A DNA stretch of 64,000 nucleotides, from positions 32,001-96,000 of the IMG/VR virus record IMGVR_UViG_3300032246_001967, one strand, 5' to 3'. The notes under the pieces were generated by a model. It saw only the letters and a list, made by a program, of their open reading frames with translations. It was not told where the DNA came from and did not search any database. Below, piece by piece: positions 1-9,770 of the stretch; position 1 is the stretch's first letter, and the number at the start of each line of letters is the position of its first letter. The translations under genes and the position numbers were made by a program. The DNA is from a virus.

Positions 1-22
1 AATTAAAATGACAGTATTTTAA

Positions 23-30
23 TATTTATA
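23..30 (+). promoter_or_regulatory. Late promoter motif TATTTATA (representative copy)
   Basis: Also starts at 705, 5177, 7842, 9749, 11685, 16255, 18635, 22645, 23309, 28894, 29482, 29548, 31298, 31870, 32927, 35437, 43064, 51341, 57813, 60867. Confidence 0.8.
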
Positions 31-33
31 ATT

Positions 34-687
34 ATGGATTTAAAGCAATTAGTTAAGGAAGTATTAGCAGGTAAAGATTGTTGCACAGCATCAAAACCTA
101 CTAAAGCGCCTATATTAAATGAAAATTTAGCTCCGCGTGAGATATTATCTGAGGGGTTAAAATATCATATAGACAATAAAAAACCGCTTACTGAGCATTT
201 GTATCGTGCAGGTTCAACAGAATATTTTAATTTATGGTCAGAAGCAAGATCATTATATGTTAGAGGTATCCTGAATTTTTCAGGTGATGATTTAGATATT
301 TTAACAGAAACCGATTTAGGTGAATTTACTATTATTAATGGTAAAAAAACACCTTTAGATTTTATTTTTGAAGAAATTGATGAAGAATTAGATGAAGCTA
401 AAAAATCTAAAAAGAAAAATCCTCCATTAAATAAACCTCATCGTGGTGGTTCTAAGAAATTTTATGTTTATGTAAAAGATCCTAAAACTAAACGTATTAA
501 AAAAGTATCATTTGGTGCTCAAGGTATGTCTGCTAAGATTAATAATCCTAAAGCAAGACAAGCATTTTCTAAACGTCACAACTGCCCTCAGAAAAACGAT
601 AAAACTAAAGCTTCATATTGGTCTTGTCGCCTCCCCTCTTACGCTAAGCTTCTAGGATTAAAATCCAATTTTACAGGATATTGGTAG
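34..687 (+). CDS. Late protein, candidate internal head protein with basic Cys-containing C-terminal domain
   Basis: TATTTATA at 23-30; leader MDLKQLVKEVL; several L/I-x-E sites; K-rich tail KKFYVYV...FSKRHNC...YWSC. Confidence 0.5.
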   Translation: MDLKQLVKEVLAGKDCCTASKPTKAPILNENLAPREILSEGLKYHIDNKKPLTEHLYRAGSTEYFNLWSEARSLYVRGILNFSGDDLDILTETDLGEFTIINGKKTPLDFIFEEIDEELDEAKKSKKKNPPLNKPHRGGSKKFYVYVKDPKTKRIKKVSFGAQGMSAKINNPKARQAFSKRHNCPQKNDKTKASYWSCRLPSYAKLLGLKSNFTGYW

Positions 688-719
688 GAAAACTGCCTTT
701 CCAATATTTATAATGGAAT

Positions 720-1346
720 ATGGCTTATGTTTATCTTATAACTAATAAAATAAATGGAAGAAAATATGTTGGTTCTTCTAGAAAATCTCAAATAGATCCT
801 AATTATTATGGTAGTGGTAAAGCAATAAAAGATGCTTTAAAAAAATACGGAAAAGAAAATTTTCAAAGAGATATACTATGGGAAGGTGAGGGAAATGCTC
901 GTGATATGGAAACTTACTTTTTAGAGAAAAAAGATGCTGCTAATAATCCTTTATATTATAATATGACTAATGATGCTAGGGGGAATAATCTTCATAAAGA
1001 AGAAACTAAAAAAACAGTTAGTGAAAAATTAAAAGGTAGTAAACTTTCTAAAGAAACTTGTGAGAAAATCTCAAAAGCAAAAATAGGATCAACAACTTCT
1101 AAAAAAGGTAAATCTGATGGTCCTAAACCTAAAGTATCTGAAGCACATAAAGGTAGAATAAGTCCTAATAAAGGAAAAAGTAAACAAGTAGCTTTATATA
1201 AGACATCAGGTGAATATATTAAAACATACTCTAATTACAATGAATTAGCAATAGATTTAAACATCAATCCAGAAACCGTAAGATGTCAATTAGTAGGTAA
1301 AGCTAAAACTATATGTAACAAACAATATAAAGCACAATATGTATAA
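720..1346 (+). CDS. GIY-YIG homing endonuclease with NUMOD3-like repeats
   Basis: N-terminal YVYLITNKINGRKYVGS, YYGSG, YYN; HKEETKKTVSE-type repeats; C-terminal HTH-like segment. Confidence 0.85.
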   Translation: MAYVYLITNKINGRKYVGSSRKSQIDPNYYGSGKAIKDALKKYGKENFQRDILWEGEGNARDMETYFLEKKDAANNPLYYNMTNDARGNNLHKEETKKTVSEKLKGSKLSKETCEKISKAKIGSTTSKKGKSDGPKPKVSEAHKGRISPNKGKSKQVALYKTSGEYIKTYSNYNELAIDLNINPETVRCQLVGKAKTICNKQYKAQYV

Positions 1347-1355
1347 CAAATTGTA

Positions 1356-1745
1356 ATGGATAAACTTACAGATATATTAAGAGAAATTCTTGAAGAAGAA
1401 AAAAAGAAAGAAGATCGTTGTAAACGTATTGCTGATCGTAGATATGATAAACCATCTGCTTATAAATCTGGTGCTATTGTTAGATGCAGAAAAGGAGATA
1501 TTTGGAAAGATATTAAAGAAGAAGAATTAAATGAAGATGAAACTCTTCATAAATGGTTTAAACGTTCTGGTCCAAAAGGTAAAGAAACAGGTTGGGTAGA
1601 TTGTAATGCTCCTGATGGAAAAGGAGGTTATAAAGCTTGTGGTAGAAAAGAAGGTGAAAAACGTTCTAAATACCCTGCTTGTAGACCAACTCCTTCTCAA
1701 TGTAAATCAAAAGGTAAAGGTAAAAATTGGGGTAAAACAAAATGA
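1356..1745 (+). CDS. Small Cys/Lys-rich late protein
   Basis: Leader MDKLTDILREILEE; two basic Cys-containing modules separated by LNE; TATGTATA at 1338-1345. Confidence 0.55.
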   Translation: MDKLTDILREILEEEKKKEDRCKRIADRRYDKPSAYKSGAIVRCRKGDIWKDIKEEELNEDETLHKWFKRSGPKGKETGWVDCNAPDGKGGYKACGRKEGEKRSKYPACRPTPSQCKSKGKGKNWGKTK

Positions 1746-1984
1746 TTAAATTACAGAATATAATCACTGAAAATTATGGTGGTAAGGGTGAAATGGTTTT
1801 ACCCCCAAATCATAAAGCAGGTTTAAAAGTACCTAAAGGAGGTTCTTGTTGTGCTAATTGTAAATGGTGGGATAAAGAAAATCAAGTTTGCACTAGTACT
1901 TATTATGCAGAATGGGCAGGAACTAATAAAATTCCTTATGCCGCAGATGAATATTGTACTAACTGGTGGGAACCTATAAAATGA
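1742..1984 (+). CDS. Small Cys-rich protein (CANC...C...C)
   Basis: ATGA overlap with upstream stop; SCCANCKWW and YCTNWW motifs. Confidence 0.55.
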   Translation: MIKLQNIITENYGGKGEMVLPPNHKAGLKVPKGGSCCANCKWWDKENQVCTSTYYAEWAGTNKIPYAADEYCTNWWEPIK

Positions 1985-2250
1985 GACCCTATAAAGATTT
2001 ACAAGTAACAAAAGAATATATCATCAGAGAATTTGATGAAAACATTGACCCAATAGAGTTAATGTGGCATCGTGATAATGAAGACAGAATAGTTGAAATC
2101 ATAGAACCAGGAAATGGTTGGAAATTTCAATTCGATAATGAGTTACCTTGGGATCTTGAGCCTAAAATGTCAATATGTATATTACGACATGAATGGCATC
2201 GTGTTATTAAAGGAACAGGAAATTTAAAATTAAAAATATATAAATCGTGA
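1981..2250 (+). CDS. Small cupin-like protein
   Basis: WHRD.EDR and WHRVIKG metal-ligand-type motifs; ATG at 1981 overlaps upstream stop. Confidence 0.55.
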   Translation: MRPYKDLQVTKEYIIREFDENIDPIELMWHRDNEDRIVEIIEPGNGWKFQFDNELPWDLEPKMSICILRHEWHRVIKGTGNLKLKIYKS

Positions 2251-2885
2251 ATAATTTTGACTTAAAAGCATATTTAGCATCCCAAAAATTATTTGAAGCA
2301 GAACAACCTTCAGATGAAATTGAATTAGATCAATTAGATAAAGAAATCAGTTCAGCATTTGCTTCTGGCTTATCAGCTTTACAAGGGCAAACAACAGATA
2401 TTAAAGAACAAATAGAAGAAGCAGATATTCAATTAAATGAAGCTGTTGGTTCATTAATTATATCTTTATTATTATCAGCTCCTAAATTATTAGAAATAAT
2501 TGGAGGAATGGTTAAAAAAGTAGCTACTAAATTTGCTAAAGAAAAAGGAAAAGTAACATCAGGTGATGCTTTTATTCATGCTGGTCATTATTTAGAAGGA
2601 AAATATTTAAGTCTTCTTAAAAAGATTATTAAAGTTACAGGTATTGCTAGAAAAGCAAACATTAAAACAGATGCTGAATTAGAAACAGCAGCTAAAGTAT
2701 TACTTTATTCTGTTTTAGGAATGGCGGCTGTATCTGCTGGTGTTGCTTCCGCGGAATCAATTGGAGGATTTATAGCTGGTAAAGGAGTAGGAACAGCTAT
2801 TTATGGTGTTGCTAAAGGTGGATTAGCAGGTTTAAAAAGTACAGAAATAATTCAAGGTATTAAAGCGTTAGACGCTAAAATATAA
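2247..2885 (+). CDS. Late protein with NFDLKxYL leader and hydrophobic helices
   Basis: GTG start; acidic N-third ending in LNE, then hydrophobic and Gly/Ala-rich helices. Confidence 0.5.
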   Translation: MNNFDLKAYLASQKLFEAEQPSDEIELDQLDKEISSAFASGLSALQGQTTDIKEQIEEADIQLNEAVGSLIISLLLSAPKLLEIIGGMVKKVATKFAKEKGKVTSGDAFIHAGHYLEGKYLSLLKKIIKVTGIARKANIKTDAELETAAKVLLYSVLGMAAVSAGVASAESIGGFIAGKGVGTAIYGVAKGGLAGLKSTEIIQGIKALDAKI

Positions 2886-2891
2886 ATTATA

Positions 2892-2942
2892 GACTGATTC
2901 ATAGCCAGTCGCTCGTAAGAGATAAAAATATGGTAGCTGTGG
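2892..2942 (+). ncRNA. Candidate structured RNA (hairpin, GNRA hairpin, possible pseudoknot)
   Basis: GACTG/CAGTC stem with loop ATTCATAGC; CTC-GTAA-GAG; loop can pair with GCTGTG at 2936-2941. Confidence 0.3.
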
Positions 2943-2966
2943 CACCCCTAAAAAGGTGCCACTTTT
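2939..2966 (+). terminator. Intrinsic terminator
   Basis: GTGGCACC-CCTAAAAA-GGTGCCAC then TTTT. Confidence 0.75.
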
Positions 2967-2969
2967 AAT

Positions 2970-2998
2970 TTGGAAAATTAGATAAAGTACATTATATT
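2970..2998 (+). promoter_or_regulatory. Early/middle promoter TTGG-N19-TATATT
   Basis: One of 12 copies with identical 19-nt spacer. Confidence 0.7.
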
Positions 2999-3010
2999 AA
3001 AACGTTAAAT

Positions 3011-4363
3011 ATGACAAAACAAATTGTAATCGTAGGAGCAGGTGTAGCAGGTGTTAATGCTGCCACTAAATTAGTTGACAATGGTTATCCTGGAAAGAAC
3101 ATTACTATTATTGATATGGGTAATGATCCTTACAAACGTAAACCAGAAGAAGTAATGACTGGATTTTTAGGTGCTGGGGGTTGGTCTGATGGTAAATTAA
3201 CTTATCATACAGCAATTGGAGGTCAGTTATCTAAATATGTTGGTGAAAAGAAAGCAATGGCTTTAATGGATGAGGTTATTAATAACTTTAAACGTTTTCA
3301 CCCTAAACCAGAAGAAATGCAATGTTCAAATCCAGTAGCTGAACCTGAATTTATTAAACCATATTTTGGGTTACGTTTATTTCCTGTATGGCATGTTGGT
3401 ACTGATTATTTGTCTGAAATTGGTAAAAATTGGTATGATTATTTAGTATCTAAAGGTATTAATTTTGTTTGGAATGAACGTGTATTTAAAGTTGATCTTG
3501 AATCTGATTTAGTGTATGCTACTATTAATGGTAAAAAAGGTGAGCATGCTTTTCATTATGATCAATTAATTTTTGCTGTAGGTAAATCAGGTATTGATTT
3601 TGTACAAGAAGTTCAAGATGAATACCAATTAGAAACAGAACCAAAATCAGTACAAATTGGAGTTAGATTTGAAGCCCCTCAAAAACACTTCCAGAAACTA
3701 ATTGATATTTCTTATGATTTTAAATTGTATCGTAAGTTTGAAGATAAAGGTGTATCATTAAGATCATTTTGTACTAATAATAATGCCGCTTATGTTGCTG
3801 TAGAAGAAACTTATGGTGATCATAGTTACAATGGTCATGCTAAAAAAGATCCAAAATATAAAAATGATATGACTAATTTTGGTATTTTAATGGAAATTAA
3901 CGGGATTGAAAATCCATTTGAATGGTCTCGTAAAGTGGTAAACGAATTACAATTTGCTAAAACAGGATTATATTATTCCCCATCACGTAAACCATCATTA
4001 ACTTCTGAAGGTAATAGAGTTAGTGCTATTCAAATTGATAATTTAAGTATTGTAAAACAAGGAATGGGTGAATATTGGAATTATATTGAAGATTTTATTG
4101 AAGATATGAAAAAAGTATTTCCAACATTACAAGATGATTGGGGTATTTATGTTCCTGAAGTAAAATATCTATCACCTGAGCCATTAGTTTACTATACTGA
4201 TTTAGCTTTAGTTGATTATCCAGATGTTCATTTTGTAGGAGACGCTTTATCAGCTCGTGGTATTACTGTATCAGGAGCACAAGGAATTTTATCAGTAGAA
4301 AAATTAATTAAAACAGAATGTCCTTGGGATAATTTACATGGAGATATTATTCATTGGAGATAA
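3011..4363 (+). CDS. FAD/NAD(P)-dependent oxidoreductase
   Basis: Rossmann IVGAGVAG, GAGGWSDGKL, IGVRFE, RSFC, NG, FVGD motifs of the uncharacterised FAD dehydrogenase family. Confidence 0.8.
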   Translation: MTKQIVIVGAGVAGVNAATKLVDNGYPGKNITIIDMGNDPYKRKPEEVMTGFLGAGGWSDGKLTYHTAIGGQLSKYVGEKKAMALMDEVINNFKRFHPKPEEMQCSNPVAEPEFIKPYFGLRLFPVWHVGTDYLSEIGKNWYDYLVSKGINFVWNERVFKVDLESDLVYATINGKKGEHAFHYDQLIFAVGKSGIDFVQEVQDEYQLETEPKSVQIGVRFEAPQKHFQKLIDISYDFKLYRKFEDKGVSLRSFCTNNNAAYVAVEETYGDHSYNGHAKKDPKYKNDMTNFGILMEINGIENPFEWSRKVVNELQFAKTGLYYSPSRKPSLTSEGNRVSAIQIDNLSIVKQGMGEYWNYIEDFIEDMKKVFPTLQDDWGIYVPEVKYLSPEPLVYYTDLALVDYPDVHFVGDALSARGITVSGAQGILSVEKLIKTECPWDNLHGDIIHWR

Positions 4364-4365
4364 GT

Positions 4366-4394
4366 TTGGCAATTTGGAATAATTTTGTTATATT
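4366..4394 (+). promoter_or_regulatory. Early/middle promoter TTGG-N19-TATATT
   Basis: TTGG 4366-4369, TATATT 4389-4394. Confidence 0.7.
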
Positions 4395-4400
4395 AATATC

Positions 4401-4643
4401 ATGAATACGAAGTATCAACCAAGTAAAAAATTAACTAAAGCTGATGGAACAGTTGCTTATGTTTGGGAAGGCAAATTACATAACTGGGAAGGTCCAGCTT
4501 TAATTACTTCTGAAGGTAAAAAAGAATATCACATTCATGGTATTAAGTATACTCATGATGGTTGGAAAGAAGCAAGACGTAATCGTGAAGGTTTACCTTG
4601 GTATAAAACAGCTATGGGTCAAGCAGGTCAAAATAGAAACTAA
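4401..4643 (+). CDS. Small protein with LH..GPA repeat unit
   Basis: GKLHNWEGPALI...EYHIHG motif common in phage repeat proteins. Confidence 0.55.
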   Translation: MNTKYQPSKKLTKADGTVAYVWEGKLHNWEGPALITSEGKKEYHIHGIKYTHDGWKEARRNREGLPWYKTAMGQAGQNRN

Positions 4644-4645
4644 TT

Positions 4646-5176
4646 ATGAAGATAGGTTTATGTGGAACAATGAGTGTAGGTAAAACTACATTAGTTAATG
4701 CATTGAAGGAATTACCTGAATTTGCTGATTATAATTTTGCAACTGAACGTTCAAAATATTTACGTGATTTAGGTATTCCTTTGAATACTGATTCAACATT
4801 AAAAGGTCAATTTGTATTTTTAGCTGAACGTTGTGCTGAATTAATGCATGAAAATATTATTACAGATAGAACTGTAATTGATGTTATGGCATTTACTAAA
4901 TCAGCTAAATCAATTGATTATAATGACGCTGAAGCATTTTGTGATGCTGCTTATAAATTGATTAATGAATATGATTATATATTTTATATATCTCCTAATG
5001 GTATAGAAATGGAAGATAATGGTGTTCGTGAAACTGATTTAAAATATAGAGAATTAATTGATTTTACTATTAAATTATTAGTTTATAGAAGCCATCATAA
5101 AATTAAAAATTATACTGAACTATCAGGTACAACTGAAGAACGTATTAAAAAAATTAAAGAGACAATTTTTGGATAA
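4646..5176 (+). CDS. P-loop nucleotide kinase (NadR/dNMP-kinase-like)
   Basis: GTMSVGKTT Walker A, ITDRTVID, EDNGVR lid motif. Confidence 0.75.
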   Translation: MKIGLCGTMSVGKTTLVNALKELPEFADYNFATERSKYLRDLGIPLNTDSTLKGQFVFLAERCAELMHENIITDRTVIDVMAFTKSAKSIDYNDAEAFCDAAYKLINEYDYIFYISPNGIEMEDNGVRETDLKYRELIDFTIKLLVYRSHHKIKNYTELSGTTEERIKKIKETIFG

Positions 5177-5187
5177 TATTTATAATC

Positions 5188-5679
5188 ATGAAAAAATCTG
5201 ATTTAGAAAAAGAAATTAAAGAATATATCGTTGAAATTTTATCTGAAGAAACTATTCAAGAAGAAGATCCTCAAGTTAAAAAAATAAATGATAAAATTCA
5301 AAAAGATCCTGAATTCTTAAAGAAAACAAAAGAAGCAATGGCTAAAGCTGAAAAAGGTGATACTACAGATTTGGCTATGCTTATGGGTGGATTTGGTAAA
5401 ATGTTTGAATCAGAAGATGAAGATAGAGAACCTACTAAAGCTGAATTAGAAAAAGAAAAAGTAAAAGGTGCTCCATCTAAATTTAAAGTACCAAATGATC
5501 AATTTGAAGACTTTAAAACAAAATTAAAAACTTTAGTTAAAAAAATTAAAGACATGGAAAAAGGAGCAGAACGTGATAAGAAAATGGCTGCCCTTAAACA
5601 ATTTATCAAGAAACCTGAATTAGTTAAAGCGTTTAAAGAAAGAGACGTTGAAATTAATACTGGTGGTTTAGTAGGATAA
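5188..5679 (+). CDS. Charged late protein with leader
   Basis: TATTTATA at 5177-5184; leader MKKSDLEKEIKEYIVEILSE. Confidence 0.5.
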   Translation: MKKSDLEKEIKEYIVEILSEETIQEEDPQVKKINDKIQKDPEFLKKTKEAMAKAEKGDTTDLAMLMGGFGKMFESEDEDREPTKAELEKEKVKGAPSKFKVPNDQFEDFKTKLKTLVKKIKDMEKGAERDKKMAALKQFIKKPELVKAFKERDVEINTGGLVG

Positions 5680-5681
5680 TT

Positions 5682-6257
5682 ATGAACAAATCAACCCTTT
5701 GGGCCGTTATTGTAGTTTTGATTACTGTTATCATTTGGATGACCAAATGCAGTAATCATTCTACTATTACTGGTAGAATAGATACAGTAACGGATACTTC
5801 TTATATTCATGATACTTTAAAAATAAAAGGTAAAACAAAAATTAAACCTGTTCCTGTTCCTTTTTATGTTCATGATACTGTAATTGATTCAACAGGTAAT
5901 ATAACTATTGTTGAAGTAAAAAAATATGCTACAAATGATACTTTTATTTACGATACAGATTCAGTAAAAGTAACAGTGTATACTAAAATATATTCTAGCA
6001 GTCCTTTAGATTCTATTAGTAGTGAATTAAAAGCTATCATTAGGCATAAAATTATAGAAAGAGTAATTACCAAAGAAATAATTAGAAAAAATGCTTTCTT
6101 TGCTGGTCCTTCTATTGGGTTAGGTAAAACAAGTTATATATCTTTAGATGGTTTATATGAAAGAAATGGAAAAATCATCTATAAATTAGGAGCAGGGGTA
6201 AATACTAATCTTCAACCTATGTTGAAAGCAGGTATTTATTGGCAGATCTCCAAATAA
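5682..6257 (+). CDS. Membrane-anchored protein, possible spanin/lysis accessory
   Basis: N-terminal hydrophobic helix then Cys; many D-T/S-hydrophobic triplets; C-terminal amphipathic beta strands. Confidence 0.4.
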   Translation: MNKSTLWAVIVVLITVIIWMTKCSNHSTITGRIDTVTDTSYIHDTLKIKGKTKIKPVPVPFYVHDTVIDSTGNITIVEVKKYATNDTFIYDTDSVKVTVYTKIYSSSPLDSISSELKAIIRHKIIERVITKEIIRKNAFFAGPSIGLGKTSYISLDGLYERNGKIIYKLGAGVNTNLQPMLKAGIYWQISK

Positions 6258-6263
6258 AAATTT

Positions 6264-7841
6264 ATGAGTGAAAATGTAAACTTAAAAGATGTTATAAGAC
6301 AAGAGTACATAAAATGCTTGCAGGACCCTGCTCATTTTATGAAAAAATACTGTAACATCCAGCATCCTCAAAGAGGTAGAGTAATATTTAATCTGTATCC
6401 TTTCCAAGATAAAGTATTAAACCTTTGGAAGGATCATCCTTATTCTATTGTATTAAAATCTAGACAGTTAGGTATTTCTACATTAGCAGCAGGTTATTCT
6501 TTATGGTTAATGTTATTCCATAAAGATAAAAACGTACTTTGTATCGCGACTAAACAAGAAACTGCTCGTAACATGGTTACAAAAGTTAAGTTTATGTTCG
6601 ATAATTTACCTACTTGGCTTAAAATAGGAGCTGAGGAAAATAATAAATTATCATTACGATTAAGTAATGGTTCACAAATTAAAGCCACTTCAGCAAGTAG
6701 TGATGCGGGTCGATCAGAAGCCGTATCTTTACTAATTGTCGATGAGGCAGCGTTTATTGAACAAATTGGTGAGATTTGGGCTTCAGCACAACAAACATTA
6801 GCAACGGGTGGTGGAGCAATTGTGTTATCTACTCCTTATGGTACAGGTAACTGGTTTCATCAAACGTGGGTTAGAGCTGAATCAGGTGAAAATGATTTTT
6901 TACCTATTAAATTACCTTGGTATGTACATCCAGAACGAAATGAAGATTGGAGAAAACGTCAAGATGAATTATTAGGTGATCCTAGATTAGCAGCTCAAGA
7001 ATGTGATTGTGACTTTAATACATCAGGTGATGTAGTATTTTATCCTGAATGGACAGATTTTATTAGAGAAACAACACTTCAAGAACCAATAGAAAGAAGA
7101 GGAGCCGACCAAAATTTATGGGTATGGGAACCTGCAGACTATACAAGAGATTATATAGTAGTAGCAGACGTAGCTAGAGGTGATGGTAAGGATTTCTCAA
7201 CTTTTCATGTAATTGATATTGCAACTAATACACAAGTTGCAGAATATAAAGGGCAAATGTCGCCTAAAGAGTTTGGATACTTTTTAGTTGCTATTGCTAC
7301 TGAATATAATATGGCTCTATTAGTAATAGAAAATGCTTCTATTGGTTGGGCGGCTATTGAATCTGTGTTAGAAAGAGGATATCAGAACACCTATTATTCA
7401 CCTAAGAGTGATAATCTAACAGTTGATTCGTATTTTAATAAGTACGAAAATAGCGATAACGTAACGCCTGGTTTTACTATGTCATTAAGAACACGTCCTT
7501 TAGTAATAAATAAGTTTAGAGAATATGTCGGAGATCGCTCTGTGACTATTAAATCTAAACGTTTATTAGAAGAAATGAAAGTATTCGTTTGGAAAAATGG
7601 ACGTCCAGAAGCACAATCTGGTTATAATGATGATTTAGTTATGCCGTTTGGTATTGCTATGTATTTAAGAGACACATCATTAAAATTTAGACAACAAGCA
7701 CACGATTTATCAAGAGCCACTTTAAGTAATTTTTCAAAAGGAAATACTAGTTTTATAGGAGCCTATAATGCTAATAATGTTCCTAATCCTTATTCCATTG
7801 AAACAAACAGCGGAGTAGAGGACATTAAGTGGTTATTGTAA
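6264..7841 (+). CDS. Terminase large subunit (T4 gp17-like)
   Basis: KSRQLGIST Walker A, LLIVDEAAF Walker B, STPYG, DVARG and DDLVM nuclease aspartates. Confidence 0.95.
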   Translation: MSENVNLKDVIRQEYIKCLQDPAHFMKKYCNIQHPQRGRVIFNLYPFQDKVLNLWKDHPYSIVLKSRQLGISTLAAGYSLWLMLFHKDKNVLCIATKQETARNMVTKVKFMFDNLPTWLKIGAEENNKLSLRLSNGSQIKATSASSDAGRSEAVSLLIVDEAAFIEQIGEIWASAQQTLATGGGAIVLSTPYGTGNWFHQTWVRAESGENDFLPIKLPWYVHPERNEDWRKRQDELLGDPRLAAQECDCDFNTSGDVVFYPEWTDFIRETTLQEPIERRGADQNLWVWEPADYTRDYIVVADVARGDGKDFSTFHVIDIATNTQVAEYKGQMSPKEFGYFLVAIATEYNMALLVIENASIGWAAIESVLERGYQNTYYSPKSDNLTVDSYFNKYENSDNVTPGFTMSLRTRPLVINKFREYVGDRSVTIKSKRLLEEMKVFVWKNGRPEAQSGYNDDLVMPFGIAMYLRDTSLKFRQQAHDLSRATLSNFSKGNTSFIGAYNANNVPNPYSIETNSGVEDIKWLL

Positions 7842-7859
7842 TATTTATAATATATTTAC

Positions 7860-9737
7860 ATGGCAAACACTAATTTATTCGCTCGTCTACAAAGACTATT
7901 CTCTACTGATGTTATTATCAGAAATCAAGGTGGAAATGAGCTTAAAGTACTAGACGTAGATAGCATCCAAAGATCAGGAGATGTAGCTACAAATTCCTTG
8001 ATGGATAGATATAATAGAATCTATTCACCTGCCGCTTCATCATTATACGGTCAGCAAGTTAATATTAATTATCAATACTTAAGAACCTTCATTTATTCAG
8101 ACTATGATATTATGGATAACGATGCAATTATTGCTTCTGCTCTTGATATCATTTCTGAAGAAGCTACTTTAAGAAATGAAATGGGTGAGGTATTACAAAT
8201 TAGATCTAACGACGAAGATATTCAACAAGTACTTTATAATTTATTTTATGATGTTTTAAATATTGAATTTAATCTATGGTCTTGGATTCGCCAAATGTGT
8301 AAATATGGTGATTTCTTTTTAAAATTAGAAATTGCTGAAAAATATGGTGTTTATAATGTAATTCCTTTTACTGCTTATCATATTGATAGACAGGAAAATT
8401 ATGATAAAGAACATCCAAACGCAGTAAGATTTAAATATTCTCCAGAAGGTATTTATGGTGGTAGTTCAGGTTACTATCCTACACCTAACATGACTGCTCA
8501 AAAAGATGAAAATTTTGTTTATTTTGAAAATTATGAAATGGCTCACTTCCGTTTAATGACGGATGTTAACTATTTACCTTATGGTAGAAGTTATTTAGAA
8601 CCAGCTCGTAGAATTTATAAACAATATGCTTTAATGGAAGATGCTATGTTAATTCATAGAATCTCACGTTCACCTGATAGACGTATTTTTTATATTAATG
8701 TTGGTTCTATTCCTCCTAATGAAGTAGAAAATTTCATGCAGAAAACTATTTCTACAATGAAACGTACTCCATTACAAGATAAACAAACTGGTGAGTATAA
8801 TTTAAAGTATAATATGCAGAACCTTATGGAAGATTTTTATATTCCAATTAGAGGTAATGATCAAACAACTAGAATTGATACTACTCCTGGTTTAGCTTAT
8901 GATGGTATTTCTGACGTTACTTATTTAAGAGATAAACTATTTGCTGCTTTAAAAGTACCTAAAGCGTTTATGGGTTATGATGAAAACTTACAAGGTAAAG
9001 CAACATTAGCAGCAGAAGATATTAGATTTGCTCGCACTATTGATAGATTACAACGTATTGTATTATCAGAATTATATAAAATCGCATTAGTACATTTATA
9101 TACTCAAGGTTACACTGCAGATAATTTAACTAATTTCGAATTATCATTAACTACTCCTTCTATTATTTACGACCAAGAACGTATTGCGTTAATGAAGGAA
9201 AAAATGGATTTAGCAGCCCAAATGATGGAAACCAAATTAATTTCATCAGATTGGATTTACGAAAATATATTCCATTTCAGTCAAGACCAGTATGAAGAAA
9301 TGAGAGATTTAATTGCACAAGACCAAAAACGTACTTTTAGATTTACTCAAATTGCTGAAGAAGGTAATGACCCAGTAGAAACAGGTAAATCTTATGGTAC
9401 ACCACATGATTTAGCTTCATTATATGGTAGAGGTAGATATTCAGCAAATGAATTACCTGATGGATATGATGAAAAAGCTCCTTTAGGTCGCCCTAAAGAA
9501 AAAGTATCAAATATTAATACTCAAGATAATCCATTTGGTAGAGATAGATTAGGTAGAAAAGATATGAAGGTGGATGATCAAGAAGGATATGGCAGACCTA
9601 AAAAAGATGTTTCTCCATTGGCCTTAGAAATAGTAGCTAAAAATAAAACCTTATTAGAATCTTTAGAAAAGAAAATTAATTTTAAAGAAACTGATGATAA
9701 GGAAATACTATTAGATGAATCTAAATTAAAGGAATAA
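7860..9737 (+). CDS. Portal protein (T4 gp20-like)
   Basis: LMEDAMLIHRISRSPDRRIFYI, EDFYIP, LFAALKVP; follows terminase. Confidence 0.95.
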   Translation: MANTNLFARLQRLFSTDVIIRNQGGNELKVLDVDSIQRSGDVATNSLMDRYNRIYSPAASSLYGQQVNINYQYLRTFIYSDYDIMDNDAIIASALDIISEEATLRNEMGEVLQIRSNDEDIQQVLYNLFYDVLNIEFNLWSWIRQMCKYGDFFLKLEIAEKYGVYNVIPFTAYHIDRQENYDKEHPNAVRFKYSPEGIYGGSSGYYPTPNMTAQKDENFVYFENYEMAHFRLMTDVNYLPYGRSYLEPARRIYKQYALMEDAMLIHRISRSPDRRIFYINVGSIPPNEVENFMQKTISTMKRTPLQDKQTGEYNLKYNMQNLMEDFYIPIRGNDQTTRIDTTPGLAYDGISDVTYLRDKLFAALKVPKAFMGYDENLQGKATLAAEDIRFARTIDRLQRIVLSELYKIALVHLYTQGYTADNLTNFELSLTTPSIIYDQERIALMKEKMDLAAQMMETKLISSDWIYENIFHFSQDQYEEMRDLIAQDQKRTFRFTQIAEEGNDPVETGKSYGTPHDLASLYGRGRYSANELPDGYDEKAPLGRPKEKVSNINTQDNPFGRDRLGRKDMKVDDQEGYGRPKKDVSPLALEIVAKNKTLLESLEKKINFKETDDKEILLDESKLKE

Positions 9738-9770
9738 GAATCTTTATATATTTATAACAAAATCTTGATA

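Noticed and set aside
2892-2930. Hammerhead ribozyme (CTGA...)
   Set aside because: Core reads CTGATTC, not CTGANGA, and there is no matching GAAA strand.
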